Notes: a model not told the origin generated them from the letters alone. A stretch of DNA of 64,000 nucleotides from Balanoglossus misakiensis (GCA_040954595.2 CM082577.2:19008303-19072302); one strand, 5' to 3'. Numbered from the stretch's first letter, positions 1-13,226 are shown. Numbers and translations are program-made.

Positions 1-313
1 TGCACCCACGATCTGACATTTACGGACATGCCATGCCAGTAATACCTCTGCCTCACCTTGTCAAGTGTTTTTGTCATCCCTAAGTGACCACCTGCGTTTG
101 CATCATGCAACCCTCCAATCACCACATTATGACACACTTTAGGCAGAATTAATTGCCATTTCACTAAAGTCCCATCAGCCGACTCCCATCTCCTGAACAG
201 CACACCCCTGTAGACTATCAATTGTTCATACATAGCCCAGTATGCCTTCGTGGCTGCCGAACACGGAGAGATCTCATTCCAGTCTAGTCGACTTTCCCTC
301 CCCTCCCTAGCCT

Positions 314-2101
314 TCAAGACAACTGAAATATCAGGATCACTAAGTTGACAATCTCTAAGCTTTTCACTGGACCAAACGACTTCCCTGGCAACAACCTCTG
401 CCTTTGTTGCCAAGGCATTCTCCCCAGTGCCCTCCGCGGTTGGCCAGTCCTGCTCATCACAGCTGCCAGGATCAAAATTTTCCCAATCACCTGGACAGCT
501 GTCCTTGTTGTCATAGCCGTATCAAACAATCTGCAACCCTCTACTTTGGCATTTTTGTCCTGAGAACTGTCATCTAGTCTATCGGTCCCTCCACACTCTG
601 GTAGTTCACGGTACAACTGTTCGGACCGTACAACACTATTTTGTCTCATCGATGGAGATTTGCATTCAAACTCTGGTGCAAGTGGATTCAACGCACCTGT
701 ACCATTAGTGGTGGTTGGTTCGTGTGCCATACCACACTGTTTGCACTCACGCACTGGTTTCCGAGATAGCGCATCAGCATTTCCATGGCGTACACCGGGA
801 CGATGGATACAGGTATAGTCAAAGCGACCGAGTGTCTCTAACCACCTAGCCAACTGCCCCTCTGGGTTCTTGAAATTAAGCAACCACACTAATGCAGCAT
901 GGTCAGTCCTCAGTGTGAATTTCTGGCCCAGTAAGTAGTGTTTGAAGTATTTTGTGTACTCGATTACAGCCAACAGTTCACGACGCGATACACAGTACTT
1001 CCTTTCAGCACCCGATAGCACTCGGCCCGCATAACTAACAGGTCTCTCTGGGCCACCCTGTACTTGGCTCAACACTGCCCCTATGCCAATACCGCTAGCA
1101 TCTGTATCCAGTATGAACACACCCTTTTCCATCGGAAAAGCCAAAACTGGTGCCGATGTTAGTCTTGCCTTGAGCTGATCAAATGCGTTTTGACAATTCT
1201 CTGTCCAAGCAAATACAGAATCTTTCTTTGTTAAGTCATGAAGAGGACGGGCCAATTCAGCAAACCCCTGTACAAAGCGTCTGTAGTATGACGCCAGCCC
1301 CAAGAAGCTTCTTACTTCTGTGACTGTCTCAGGAATCGGCCAGTCTCTAATAGCCTTGACCTTTCCTGGATCAGTAGCAACCCCTTCCCGAGAAACACGA
1401 TGCCCCAAAAACTCAACACTGCGTGCAAAAAGCACACACTTACTCGGCTTTAATTTGAGATTTGAAGTACGAAGACGTTCAAATACCTTGCACAACCTTT
1501 CCAACTCTTCATCAAATGATCTGCCAAATATTATGATGTCATCTAGATACAAAAGCGGTATTTCCCACTGCATACCGGTAAAGACGCGCTCCATCAGACG
1601 TTCAAATGTACTAGGGGCATTACACAACCCAAACGGGAGCACCCTCCACTGATAGAGTCCACTGCGCGTGACAAATGCGTTCTTTACTTTAGATCCCTCG
1701 TCCAGTTCTACCTGCCAATACTCTGCTTGGAGGTCTAGCGTAGAAAACCATTCCGACCCGTACAATGCATCTAAAGAATCGTTTATTCGTGGTATAGGGT
1801 AGGCATCTTTAATTGACACAGCGTTCAATTTTCTATAATCAACGCACAATCTTTGTGACCCATCTTTCTTACTATTAAGTACACACGGGGCTGCCCATGG
1901 ACTAGTTGATTCTTCTATCAAACCCCGCTGTAACAAGTCAGAAACCTGTCGTTCTATTTCTTCCCGTTTCCATACCGGAGTTAGATATGCGGGTTGCCTT
2001 ACTGGCGTGGCATTATTGGTTTCAATTTTATGCCGAATGATCCCAGTTTTACCAATATCATGATCTCCCTGACTAAACACATCATGGTACAGTGTCAACA
2101 T
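314..2101 (-). pseudogene. pol: Gypsy reverse transcriptase + RNase H (pol; frameshifted before and after)
   Basis: 595-aa ORF with canonical Gypsy RT/RH motifs. Its C-terminus is out of frame with the integrase zinc-finger frame. Confidence 0.93.
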
Positions 2102-2163
2102 CTTTGAAACCCTTTCTTGTTGGTAAACTGATCAATTTTTGCAACTTCTTGTGTATAAATCCA

Positions 2164-3165
2164 CTACATGACCTGGAAGAGGAACATTGCTCCCAGGGCA
2201 GGCTTTTGCCTCTTCAGTGCCAGAGGGCGCTCTATCACTGTCAGTACCCCAAGATTCAACTGCACACTGATCGGCTCGGAGTAACTCACAACAGTACCAG
2301 CCCTCACATGTACAGGTTCAACACTAGCATTGAGAACTCTAACTGGTAAATGGGTAGATCTCGTGGTCACTAAAGCTTTACATGTCATAATGCCTTGCTC
2401 CAGCAATTTACCCCCTTGTACTGGTAACACAACCGCTGTAAGACAAGTATCCGGGGAAGACTTATCTGTTCTCCCCACCCAGGTCGAATGAATTCTCATT
2501 CCCTGTGCACACCCACTTCCAACCTTTGCTGGTCCTGCAAACCAAGGTTCACTGGCGATGGGAGTCTTACACATTTTAGCCGGAATAATCATTTCATGTC
2601 CAGGGGGAACAAAAACGTCTCCCGCTACCTTTACACGACAAATGAACGGTTTCATTGTACCAGTGTTACTACATTTCAACCATTCCCCTTTAATGACTAG
2701 CTCCCCTGTCCCTGTATCAATAATACACCCAATTGAATGTAGAAAGCTCATACCAATAATGCCATCAGAGCATAGTTCAGCTACTAATACCGGAGAGATA
2801 GCCCTAGCCCCACCCAAGCAGATATCTAGGTTAACAACTCCACTAACCATAAGTGGTGTACCATCAGCTTGGTTCACCTTTACATTTATTGGTTGCAATG
2901 CACCGTGAACTCCCACTGAAATTTTCCTATACATTTCTTCTGATATCACCATATCAGTTGCTCCTGTATCAACCAGAAAATTCCCCGATACACCACCGGC
3001 AGAGGCCTGTATGTACATACTTCTGACACTTGTATTGTTATTAGCCGGTTGAATTTCCCTAATATTTCCAGTAGTCTGCACACACTGATCAACTGCCTCC
3101 CCTTTGGGTCCATACTGGTTGGCTGAGGGTTGACCCGACTTCCGCTCAGCCCCTAATCGTTTCCC
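2164..3165 (-). pseudogene. pol: Gypsy aspartic protease region (pol 5' part)
   Basis: FLVDTGA and DGIIGMSFL motifs. The frame stays open back to the slippery site at 3159-3165. Confidence 0.9.
3121..3165 (-). promoter_or_regulatory. -1 programmed ribosomal frameshift signal (G GGA AAC + stem-loop)
   Basis: Heptamer GGGAAAC one codon before the gag stop, followed by the stem GGCTGAG...CTCAGCC. The -1 frame reads GKRLGAERKSG... into the protease ORF. Confidence 0.8.
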
Positions 3166-3985
3166 GAAACCTTGGGTCGGGTGGGACAGTCCCGCTTCAG
3201 ATGCCCTGATTCATTACAGTGCCAACACAAACGGCCACCAGAGGGCGCACCACTCTGAGCTTGTCCAGATGGGTTTTTTATACTAGTGTTGACAACACGG
3301 GCCTTAACCTTTTGGTCAAGTTCAGCTAATTTGTCGGTGATCAAATCAACTTTGTTTGCTATCACCCCTATCACTGACTCCAGAGTCTGAGCCATTTTTG
3401 CGTCACCCGCTTCAATACCTCTCACTTGTTTACCCAACCCTTTATTGGTTTCAGGGCCACGGCTTTTCTCTAATAACTGAAAATTCTCTTCCCAAACTGT
3501 AGCCTGTATAACGTCGTCAAGTGTGGCACTGGGGGTCCTACCCGCTTCATTAACACGCCTACGCATAGCAGAATCAGTCAATGAATTGAAAAATGCGTCT
3601 ATACATAGCCGTTCAAATATGTGACCTTTGGCATCAGGGTACCCAAGTGTTACCATTTCCCTGATATCCTGTCCAAGCCCACTTAGAGACTCGCTGGGCT
3701 TGAGTACTCTTTGTCTTAATTTTAAACGATAGGTGTCTTCCTGTCTCCCAAAACCAAATCTATGATCTAGTAGTTTGCACAGTTTCTGGTATGTCAATGA
3801 CTTTCTGTCAATTGATGTTAACAGCCGCTGGGCTGCCCCATACAACATGGCTTGGAGATACTTCAACTTTTCAACCTCTCTCCACTCATTTATTTCCGCA
3901 TAAATTTCAAAGTGTGCGAAATAATCATGCCATGCAAGCGATCCATCATACTTATCAGGCTTAAGTATGGACCCGTGTTTACCTG
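3153..3985 (-). pseudogene. gag: Gypsy gag (5'-truncated) with CCHC zinc knuckle
   Basis: KPDKYDGSLAWHDYFAHFE...CWHCNESGHLKRDC. Confidence 0.9.
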
Positions 3986-5107
3986 TACATGATTTGCTAT
4001 AGATCCTTCACTACGCACGGCGATATACCGCAGTGCAAAATCGGTCAGTCAATAGTTAAATCACTTCACTGGAGAACACACAATTTCCATCCTCCTGAAC
4101 CAAATACCTAGAAAACCCTAGCTAAACCTTGGAATCGAATTTCCTAACAGACTATCGTTGTTTCCCGTTCCGGCAGATAATTGTTTAGCTACCGTGTAGA
4201 GCGGGTAGATGAATCCACCCACATAAGGAGTATGCCCCCGGCCCTACGCGGTTTGTGCAACGTGCCGGATCGAACAACAACGACGTCTACCCAGTATGCA
4301 AGATGGCTACAATATGGTGCCAAAACGCATACACTCGCCTACACTAACAGAGTTACTTACAGCAGATCTGGAAACCGATGCGTTCACCATGCAGTACAAC
4401 TATCCCAACCACTGCACACCAATGTTGTAGTTTTCTCAGCGTAGCTAGATTTCTCGTCGTGGACCCGGTAATGGTAGCGTCGCCCACGATGAAATCCTCC
4501 CGTACACTTCGACTGGACTACCAACCACCTCGACAGGGTCGGATCGCTTGGAATAGTTGTCAGTGAACACCCTCTCACATGTACATTGACTCAGCGCAAC
4601 ACAAGCCGGAACAAGTAACAAGAACAACGGATTTATGTGTATTTCGACTGTGTTACAAACTTTCACGTCTGCCCAGTTCGGAGGTGGAAACCCAAGAGAG
4701 CGAGAATGAGGTGAATCCTCAGCAAAAGTAGCCCGCCCCAACTATTACCCAATCAGCACGAATGTGAAGTTCACAGTTCCAGCCTGCTTCCTGAGGCTCA
4801 AGCAGCGGTAACTTTGCAAGGTTTTCCATGACATTATTGTGATATATAGGTGAGAAATATATTGGAAAATGTCTTCATTACAAAAATATGTCGTGAAATT
4901 ATTGACTAGCAAGAACCATGTGTATATGTATGGCCAAGGGGAAATTTTTAACTTCTAGTTCTGAACATTAACGTTATTGCGCAGGCTACTGTAACCACAG
5001 TCAAATAATACATACAATTTTCTGTTGCACCAGAGCTTTGACCTTACAGTAATTAATTACTACTACACAGGTCAGGAACACTGAGAAGGCGGCCTTAAAT
5101 TATGCAT

Positions 5108-5649
5108 TTGGTATTGGTACATTTCGGATATATCTAAATTGTACCAATTTTAGTCTAGAAATATGTATACCTTAGGTAGCTTTTGTTTTCAAACAAATGG
5201 TTCATTAGGTATACCTAAATTATGGTTCATTGGGTATACCTATTTATGGCAAAACGACCAAATCCAAGATTTTTTTTCCAACCGAATGAGGCATTTCAGG
5301 AATACCTAAATAGTACCTTTTCAATCGAAAAAGTATACTTTTGGAATACCAATTAGTAAATTTACAGACCAAATCTGGACTACCTAAGGTAGCCCTTTTT
5401 TAAAGCAATAGGTACATTTTAAGTATACCTAAATAGTACCTATTTAGTCCGGGAAAGTATACCTTAGGTAAATGTAAATGCATAATTTAAGGCCGCCTTC
5501 TCAGTGTTCCTGACCTGTGTAGTAGTAATTAATTACTGTAAGATCAAAGCACTGGTGCAACAGAAAATTGTATGTATTATTTGAATGTGGTTACAGTAAC
5601 CTTCCCAATAACGTTAATATATACCTAGTGTACCAGAATTTCGTAAGGG
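5108..5649 (-). mobile_element. Non-autonomous DNA transposon end rich in AGGTATACCT subterminal repeats (CCC-terminus, EnSpm/CMC-like); other copies end near 7904, 14740, 27699
   Basis: Minus strand starts CCCTTACGAAA, with many palindromic (T)AGGTA(TAC)CT(A) motifs. Only one end is present. Confidence 0.5.
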
Positions 5650-5946
5650 TGTTCCTACACACCACCCTATTGCTGCACAGTTCCTGCACAGGCCACCCTA
5701 TTGCTGCACAGTTCCTGCACACAGGCCATCTTACTACTGCACAGTTCTTGCAGACTGTCCTATTCCTGCACAGTTACCGCTTGCCTTGTTCCTGCACTAG
5801 TGCAGCAACACCTCATTTGCATGCGAAAAAGTCGCCTTGCAGCAGAGCTGCAGCAACTTTCTATTGCACCGGTGCTGCAACCTTGTGGTATTGCTACTGC
5901 ACCAGTGCAGCAACACTGTGCAGGAGGCCTTAAATTTTCATAAGGG
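5650..5946 (-). mobile_element. Non-autonomous DNA transposon end rich in CTGCAC/TGCAG subterminal repeats (CCC-terminus, EnSpm/CMC-like); 4 copies (also ~7905-8201, ~14741-15037, ~27700-27996)
   Basis: Minus strand starts CCCTTATGAAA, with dense short repeats that explain the spurious Cys-rich ORFs. Confidence 0.5.
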
Positions 5947-6265
5947 CTATAGGTATGCACATAATTAATGATGTTTGAATATGATACTAGAAATGTACAG
6001 TACACTGATACGCTGATCAGCTGACCTTTTGTTTACGCATACGCCATTGCTCCGTTCTCGATCTGTCTCCGAGTCTGAATTTTTCGCACCTATAGATTTT
6101 AAAGATTTTTGAAGTCTGCAAATTCACTAGCATTGACAAAACTATAACATAATAAGTATAATGTACGCCCCATAATGTACTCGGCATTATGTTGCACAAT
6201 GTGTGCTTTCGTCCATTATGGGTCTTCGGGGCATACATTATTCTCTAACCAATGATCATTGCTCA

Positions 6266-6424
<159 letters not shown>

Positions 6425-6616
6425 CTTAAAATACCATGGAAGCATAGAACAATGAACTCACTATGTTGTAATGTCCATTTTCTCTTTTGGTGATTTTTTT
6501 ATCAAAGTGTCACACACCCCAGCATGCAAGAAATTTCTCAATATATATACTGCTATCGCAGCAAAACATACCACTACTTTTGAAGTACTAGTATAATAAC
6601 ATAGACAGTTACCTAC

Positions 6617-6744
6617 CTGGTCAGACTAGGCAGTCAATCCAGGCATATGACTGTGTTGTTCATCTGGGCTAGTTAAGGACTGATTTCATCCATCTGCAGG
6701 ATGTGAGTGGCTCTCTTAATAGCTCTCTGTTGTAGGGAATGAAG
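6617..6744 (-). pseudogene. SMG1: SMG1 exon immediately upstream of the kinase exon (pseudogenised)
   Basis: caacag|LHSLQQRAIKRATHILQMDEISP*LAQMNNTV(fs)MPGLTA*SDQ|gtaggt resembles SMG1 SLQQRAQKRASYILRLEEISPWL. Phase-0 splice to the next exon. Confidence 0.85.
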
Positions 6745-6900
6745 CTGTTGAGGGTAAAGTAGAGACTAACCAACACAGACGTGGACAAGGGTGTTATGTC
6801 CATGAAAATCTACCTAAATATGTACATTCGCAATGGCAGAATTCATGAATGTTCCTGCAAACATCTTCAAAGAGCTACCTTGACTACCCAGTGACATTAA

Positions 6901-6997
6901 CCCTTTGAACCCCGCTCGGAGGTTTACCGCCGCAGGATGACCTTTTGACCCCTAATTTTTCAATATGCTGACGTCAAGGCATTTTCCCGCCGACATT
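6901..6997 (+). mobile_element. piggyBac 5' terminus, truncated
   Basis: TTAA (6897-6900) + CCCTTTGAACCCC, identical to the termini in the array. Confidence 0.8.
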
Positions 6998-7003
6998 TTT
7001 TAA

Positions 7004-7803
7004 GATGGGTCCCCGGGATCTTTTTGCCCGTTGCTATGGGCCTTTATAGGACACTACACTCAATTTTGATCGAAACCGTTATGAACGTCCGACAAGGGGC
7101 TTGTAACTAGTTAAAAATACACACGATTGTGTGCACACCCCCTGTCCGAGTATGTTTACGGCAGCTACCGCCCGGCCATAGGCCGCCACGCTAATACGGC
7201 AAATCAGCGGTCAGCGATAGCGTGCGCGTCCTGTAACCACAGTAACTGGATCGAACGCTAAAAATCCAATGTTTCAGTTTTGTACACTAAGATTTTGTAC
7301 CGTTCACGAAAATCCCTAAGGCTTTTTTCATAGGCCACGTACGCCAGTCAAATTTGACCTGCTTGTTGAGAACGCACTTCCGCACAGTGTGACGGACGTT
7401 TTTTCGGTTTTCGTCGTGCTAAGAAGCGATACCGGTGGAAGAGTGCGTCCAAAAACACCCAAAATCGATGACTTTTTCTGGTGTGGTACGGGTATGCTGA
7501 AATCGTAGGATACAACGATAATATTCGAAAACAAAATCCGTCACGATCTTCCCTGGTTCAAGCAACTAATGAATACGTATCAAGTTTGTTTTTGAGGTCA
7601 CGGAATAAAAAGCCTTAGGCTTTTGAAATTTGACCTAGCTAATTTGCATATCAATGGCGTCAGGGGGCGCGCGCTCACAATCGTGCAGATTTTCAACTAG
7701 TTACCAGCCCCTTGTTAGACTCTGAAAACGGCTTAGTCCAAATCGGGGTGTAATGTCCTGCAAAGGCCCATAGCAACGGGCAAAAAGATCCCGGGGACCC
7801 ATC
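7004..7803. mobile_element. TTAA-flanked non-autonomous TIR element (Kolobok-type MITE)
   Basis: TIRs GATGGGTCCCCGGGATCTTTTTGCCCG.../...CGGGCAAAAAGATCCCGGGGACCCATC (~110 bp, imperfect), with TTAA on both sides. The empty site TTTTTAAAGCAATAGG is seen near 5400. Confidence 0.85.
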
Positions 7804-8533
7804 TTAAAGCAATAGGTACATTTTAAGTATACCTAAATAGTACCTATTTAGTCCGGGAAAGTACACCTTAGGTATATTTCTAGTGTACTAGAATTTCGTA
7901 AGGGTGTTCCTGCACACCACCCTATTGCTGCACAATTCCTGCACAGGCTACCCTATTGCTGCACAGTTCCTGCACACAGGCCATCTTACTACTGCACAGT
8001 TCTTGCAGACTGTCCTATTCCTGCACAGTTACCGCTTGCCTTGTTCCTGCACTAGTGCAGCAACACCTCATTTGCATGCGAAAAAGTCGCCTTGCAGCAG
8101 AGCTGCAGCAACTTTCTATTGCACCGGTGCTGCAACCGTGTGGAATTGCTACTGCACCAGTGCAGCAACACTGTGCAGGAGGCCTTAAATTTTCATAAGG
8201 GCTATAGGTATGCACATAATTAATGATGTTTGAATATGATACTAGAAATGTACAGTACACTGATACACTGATCAGCTGACCTTTTGTTTACGCATACGCC
8301 ATTGCTCCGTTCTCGATCTGTCTCCGAGTCTGAATTTTTCGCACCTATAGATTTTAAAGATTTTTGAAGTCTGCAAATTCACTGGCATTGACAAAACTAT
8401 AACATAATAAGTATAATGTACGCCCCATAATGTACTCGGCATTCGCCTCGCACATTATGTTGCACAATGTGTGCTTTCGTCCATTATGGGTCTTCGGGGC
8501 GTACATTATTCTCTAACCAATGATCATTGCTCA

Positions 8534-8692
<159 letters not shown>

Positions 8693-8849
8693 CTTAAAAT
8701 ACCATGGAATCATAGAACAATGAACTCACTGTGTTGTAATGTCCATTTTCTCTTTTGGTGATTTTTTTATCAAAGTGTCACACACCCCAGCATGCAAGAA
8801 ATTTCTCAATATATATACTGCTATCGCAGCAAAACATACCACTACTTTT

Positions 8850-9185
8850 AATATCCACCACCTGAGACACCTCTCTCTGTGCGTTTTTGGCTTCGGAAAC
8901 GAAGCAAAAAATATACTCGATGTTGGGTCAAGGTACCTTTCATCCGATTTACACGTCCCCCAGGCGCATCTCTTCACTATTCTGGCCGATATTTTAAAAC
9001 CATTAAGTTCCTAAAACTGAAAAAAAACTTCCAGTCTGTCTATCTCTAACTGAGCGTGTACTGTAGGCTGGGCCATGTTGTTGATTATATGTGGGACAAA
9101 ATGGCGGTTGTATGAACAGCATGACTTTTCTCGGCTCTGATTGGCTGAGGGTTCAGTGTGATTGACAGCTGTGGAACCATGAATT
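8850..9185 (-). mobile_element. DNA transposon 5' end with truncated THAP-type ORF (Harbinger/ISL2EU-like), abutting the Gypsy integrase break
   Basis: (I)VKRCAWGTCKSDERY...FASFPKPKTHRERCLRW shows the THAP C-x4-C, FP and W pattern. The start codon appears as ATA. Confidence 0.65.
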
Positions 9186-9657
9186 GTAAGGGAGCCTTGT
9201 GCCTTTTACCAGGCACCCGCTTGCGTGAACACACCTCACATGAATGCACCCACGATCTGACATTTACGGACATGCCATGCCAGTAATACCTCTGCCTCAC
9301 CTTGTCAAGTGTTTTTGTCATCCCTAAGTGACCACCTGCGTTTGCATCATGCAACCCTCCAATCACCACATTATGACACACTTTAGGCAGAATTAATTGC
9401 CATTTCACTAAAGTCCCATCAGCCGACTCCCATCTCCTGAACAGCACACCCCTGTAGACTATCAATTGTTCATACATAGCCCAGTATGCCTTCGTGGCTG
9501 CCGAACACGGAGAGATCTCATTCCAGTCTAGTCGACTTTCCCTCCCCTCCCTAGCCTTCAAGACAACTGAAATATCAGGATCACTAAGTTGACAATCTCT
9601 AAGCTTTTCACTGGACCAAACGACTTCCCTGGCAACAACCTCTGCCTTTGTTGCCAA
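9183..9657 (-). pseudogene. pol: Gypsy integrase N-terminal HHCC zinc-binding region (catalytic core missing)
   Basis: LHDANAGGHLGMTKTLDKVRQRYYWHGM...CEVC...HKAPLQ. Confidence 0.9.
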
Positions 9658-11342
9658 GGCATTCTCCCCAGTGCCCTCCGCGGTTGGCCAGTCCTGCTCA
9701 TCACAGCTGCCAGGATCAAAATTTTCCCAATCACCTGGACAGCTGTCCTTGTTGTCATAGCCGTATCAAACAATCTGCAACCCTCTACTTTGGCATTTTT
9801 GTCCTGAGAACTGTCATCTAGTCTATCGGTCCCTCCACACTCTGGTAGTTCACGGTACAACTGTTCGGACCGTACAACACTATTTTGTCTCATCGATGGA
9901 GATTTGCATTCAAACTCTGGTGCAAGTGGATTCAACGCACCTGTACCATTAGTGGTGGTTGGTTCGTGTGCCATACCACACTGTTTGCACTCACGCACTG
10001 GTTTCCGAGATAGCGCATCAGCATTTCCATGGCGCACACCGGGACGATGGATACAGGTATAGTCAAAGCGACCGAGTGTCTCTAACCACCTAGCCAACTG
10101 CCCCTCTGGGTTCTTGAAATTAAGCAACCACACTAATGCAGCATGGTCAGTCCTCAGTGTGAATTTCTGGCCCAGTAAGTAGTGTTTGAAGTATTTTGTG
10201 TACTCGATTACAGCCAACAGTTCACGACGCGATACACAGTACTTCCTTTCAGCACCCGATAGCACTCGGCCCGCATAACTAACAGGTCTCTCTGGGCCAC
10301 CCTGTACTTGGCTCAACACTGCCCCTATGCCAATACCGCTAGCATCTGTATCCAGTATGAACACACCCTTTTCCATCGGAAAAGCCAAAACTGGTGCCGA
10401 TGTTAGTCTTGCCTTGAGCTGATCAAATGCGTTTTGACAATTCTCTGTCCAAGCAAATACAGAATCTTTCTTTGTTAAGTCATGAAGAGGACGGGCCAAT
10501 TCAGCAAACCCCTGTACAAAGCGTCTGTAGTATGACGCCAGCCCCAAGAAGCTTCTTACTTCTGTGACTGTCTCAGGAATCGGCCAGTCTCTAATAGCCT
10601 TGACCTTTCCTGGATCAGTAGCAACCCCTTCCCGAGAAACACGATGCCCCAAAAACTCAACACTGCGTGCAAAAAGCACACACTTACTCGGCTTTAATTT
10701 GAGATTTGAAGTACGAAGACGTTCAAATACCTTGCACAACCTTTCCAACTCTTCATCAAATGATCTGCCAAATATTATGTCATCTAGATACAAAAGCGGT
10801 ATTTCCCACTGCATACCGGTAAAGACGCGCTCCATCAGACGTTCAAATGTACTAGGGGCATTACACAACCCAAACGGGAGCACCCTCCACTGATAGAGTC
10901 CACTGCGCGTGACAAATGCGTTCTTTACTTTAGATCCCTCGTCCAGTTCTACCTGCCAATACCCTGCTTGGAGGTCTAGCGTAGAAAACCATTCCGACCC
11001 GTACAATGCATCTAAAGAATCGTTTATTCGTGGTATAGGGTAGGCATCTTTAATTGACACAGCGTTCAATTTTCTATAATCAACGCACAATCTTTGTGAC
11101 CCATCTTTCTTACTATTAAGTACACACGGGGCTGCCCATGGACTAGTTGATTCTTCTATCAAACCCCGCTGTAACAAGTCAGAAACCTGTCGTTCTATTT
11201 CTTCCCGTTTCCATACCGGAGTTCGATATGCGGGTTGCCTTACTGGCGTGGCATTATTGGTTTCAATTTTATGCCGAATGATCCCAGTTTTACCAATATC
11301 ATGATCTCCCTGACTAAACACATCATGGTACAGTGTCAACAT
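9558..11342 (-). pseudogene. pol: Gypsy RT + RNase H, copy 2
   Basis: 594-aa ORF; one Ile codon deleted after YLDD relative to copy 1. Confidence 0.93.
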
Positions 11343-11404
11343 CTTTGAAACCCTTTCTTGTTGGTAAACTGATCAATTTTTGCAACTTCTTGGGTATAAA
11401 TCCA

Positions 11405-12406
11405 CTACATGACCTGGAAGAGGAACATTGCTCCCAGGGCAGGCTTTTGCCTCTTCAGTGCCAGAGGGCGCTCTATCACTGTCAGTACCCCAAGATTCAA
11501 CTGCACACTGATCGGCTCGGAGTAACTCACAACAGTACCAGCCCTCACATGTACAGGTTCAACACTAGCATTGAGAACTCTAACTGGTAAATGGGTAGAT
11601 CTCGTGGTCACTAAAGCTTTACATGTCATAATGCCTTGCTCCAGCAATTTACCCCCTTGTACTGGTAACACAACCGCTGTAAGACAAGTATCCGGGGAAG
11701 ACTTATCTGTTCTCCCCACCCAGGTCGAATGAATTCTCATTCCCTGTGCACACCCACTTCCAACCTTTGCTGGTCCCGCAAACCAAGGTTCACTGGCGAT
11801 GGGAGTCTTACACATTTTAGCCGGAATAATCATTTCATGTCCAGGGGGAACAAAAACGTCTCCTGCTACCTTTACACGACAAATGAACGGTTTCATTGTA
11901 CCAGTGTTACTACATTTCAAGCATTCCCCTTTAATGACTAGCTCCCCTGTCCCTGTATCAATAATACACCCAATTGAATGTAGAAAGCTCATACCAATAA
12001 TGCCATCAGAGCATAGTTCAGCTACTAATACCGGAGAGATAGCCCTAGCCCCACCCAAGCAGATATCTAGGTTAACAACTCCACTAACCATAAGTGGTGT
12101 ACCATCAGCTTGGTTCACCTTTACATTTATTGGTTGCAATGCACCGTGAACTCCCACTGAAATTTTCCTATACATTTCTTCTGATATCACCATATCAGTT
12201 GCTCCTGTATCAACCAGAAAATTCCCCGATACACCACCGGCAGAGGCCTGTATGTACATACTTCTGACACTTGTATTGTTATTAGCCGGTTGAATTTCCC
12301 TAATATTTCCAGTAGTCTGCACACACTGATCAACTGCCTCCCCTTTGGGTCCATACTGGTTGGCTGAGGGTTGACCCGACTTCCGCTCAGCCCCTAATCG
12401 TTTCCC
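11405..12406 (-). pseudogene. pol: Gypsy protease region, copy 2 (frameshift signal at 12362-12406)
   Basis: LVDTGA motif; identical slippery site and stem. Confidence 0.9.
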
Positions 12407-13226
12407 GAAACCTTGGGTCGGGTGGGACAGTCCCGCTTCAGATGCCCTGATTCATTACAGTGCCAACACAAACGGCCACCAGAGGGCGCACCACTCTGAG
12501 CTTGTCCAGATGGGTTTTTTATACTAGTGTTGACAACACGGGCCTTAACCTTTTGGTCAAGTTCAGCTAATTTGTCGGTGATCAAATCAACTTTGTTTGC
12601 TATCACCCCTATCACTGACTCCAGAGTCTGAGCCATTTTTGCGTCACCCGCTTCAATACCTCTCACTTGTTTACCCAACCCTTTATTGGTTTCAGGGCCA
12701 CGGCTTTTCTCTAATAACTGAAAATTCTCTTCCCAAACTGTAGCCTGTATAACGTCGTCAAGTGTGGCACTGGGGGTCCTACCCGCTTCATTAACACGCC
12801 TACGCATAGCAGAATCAGTCAATGAATTGAAAAATGCGTCTATACATAGCCGTTCGAATATGTGACCTTTGGCATCAGGGTACCCAAGTGTTACCATTTC
12901 CCTGATATCCTGTCCAAGCCCACTTAGAGACTCGCTGGGCTTGAGTACTCTTTGTCTTAATTTTAAACGATAGGTGTCTTCCTGTCTCCCAAAACCAAAT
13001 CTATGATCTAGTAGTTTGCACAGTTTCTGGTATGTCAATGACTTTCTGTCAATTGATGTTAACAGCCGCTGGGCTGCCCCATACAACATGGCTTGGAGAT
13101 ACTTCAACTTTTCAACCTCTCTCCACTCATTTATTTCCGCATAAATTTCAAAGTGTGCGAAATAATCATGCCATGCAAGCGATCCATCATACTTATCAGG
13201 CTTAAGTATGGACCCGTGTTTACCTG
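12394..13226 (-). pseudogene. gag: Gypsy gag, copy 2
   Basis: ORF identical to copy 1, with CCHC knuckle. Confidence 0.9.

Larger units (their letters stand above)
1..3985 (-). mobile_element. Ty3/Gypsy LTR retrotransposon internal fragment, copy 1 (gag-pro-RT-RNaseH-start of integrase; no LTR seen; runs off the window start)
   Basis: Gypsy domain order: CCHC knuckle, LVDTGA protease, RT (LCVDYRKLN, LPFGLCNAP, YLDD), RNase H (LDTDAS, TDH, NADALSR), then integrase H-H-C-C at 1-~330. Confidence 0.95.
9183..13226 (-). mobile_element. Ty3/Gypsy internal fragment, copy 2
   Basis: Near-identical to copy 1. Integrase breaks off after HKAPLQ. Confidence 0.95.

Noticed and set aside
4833-5108. LTR of the Gypsy element
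   Set aside because: It matches the sequence downstream of the piggyBac (25612-25890), with no TG..CA ends or PBS.
5568-6005. Cys-rich ORFs resembling metallothionein or toxin
   Set aside because: They arise from TGCA-rich subterminal repeats and are open on both strands.
6808-6896. Third SMG1 exon (MSLGSQGSSLKMF...)
   Set aside because: No frame resembles the expected upstream SMG1 sequence; probably intron.
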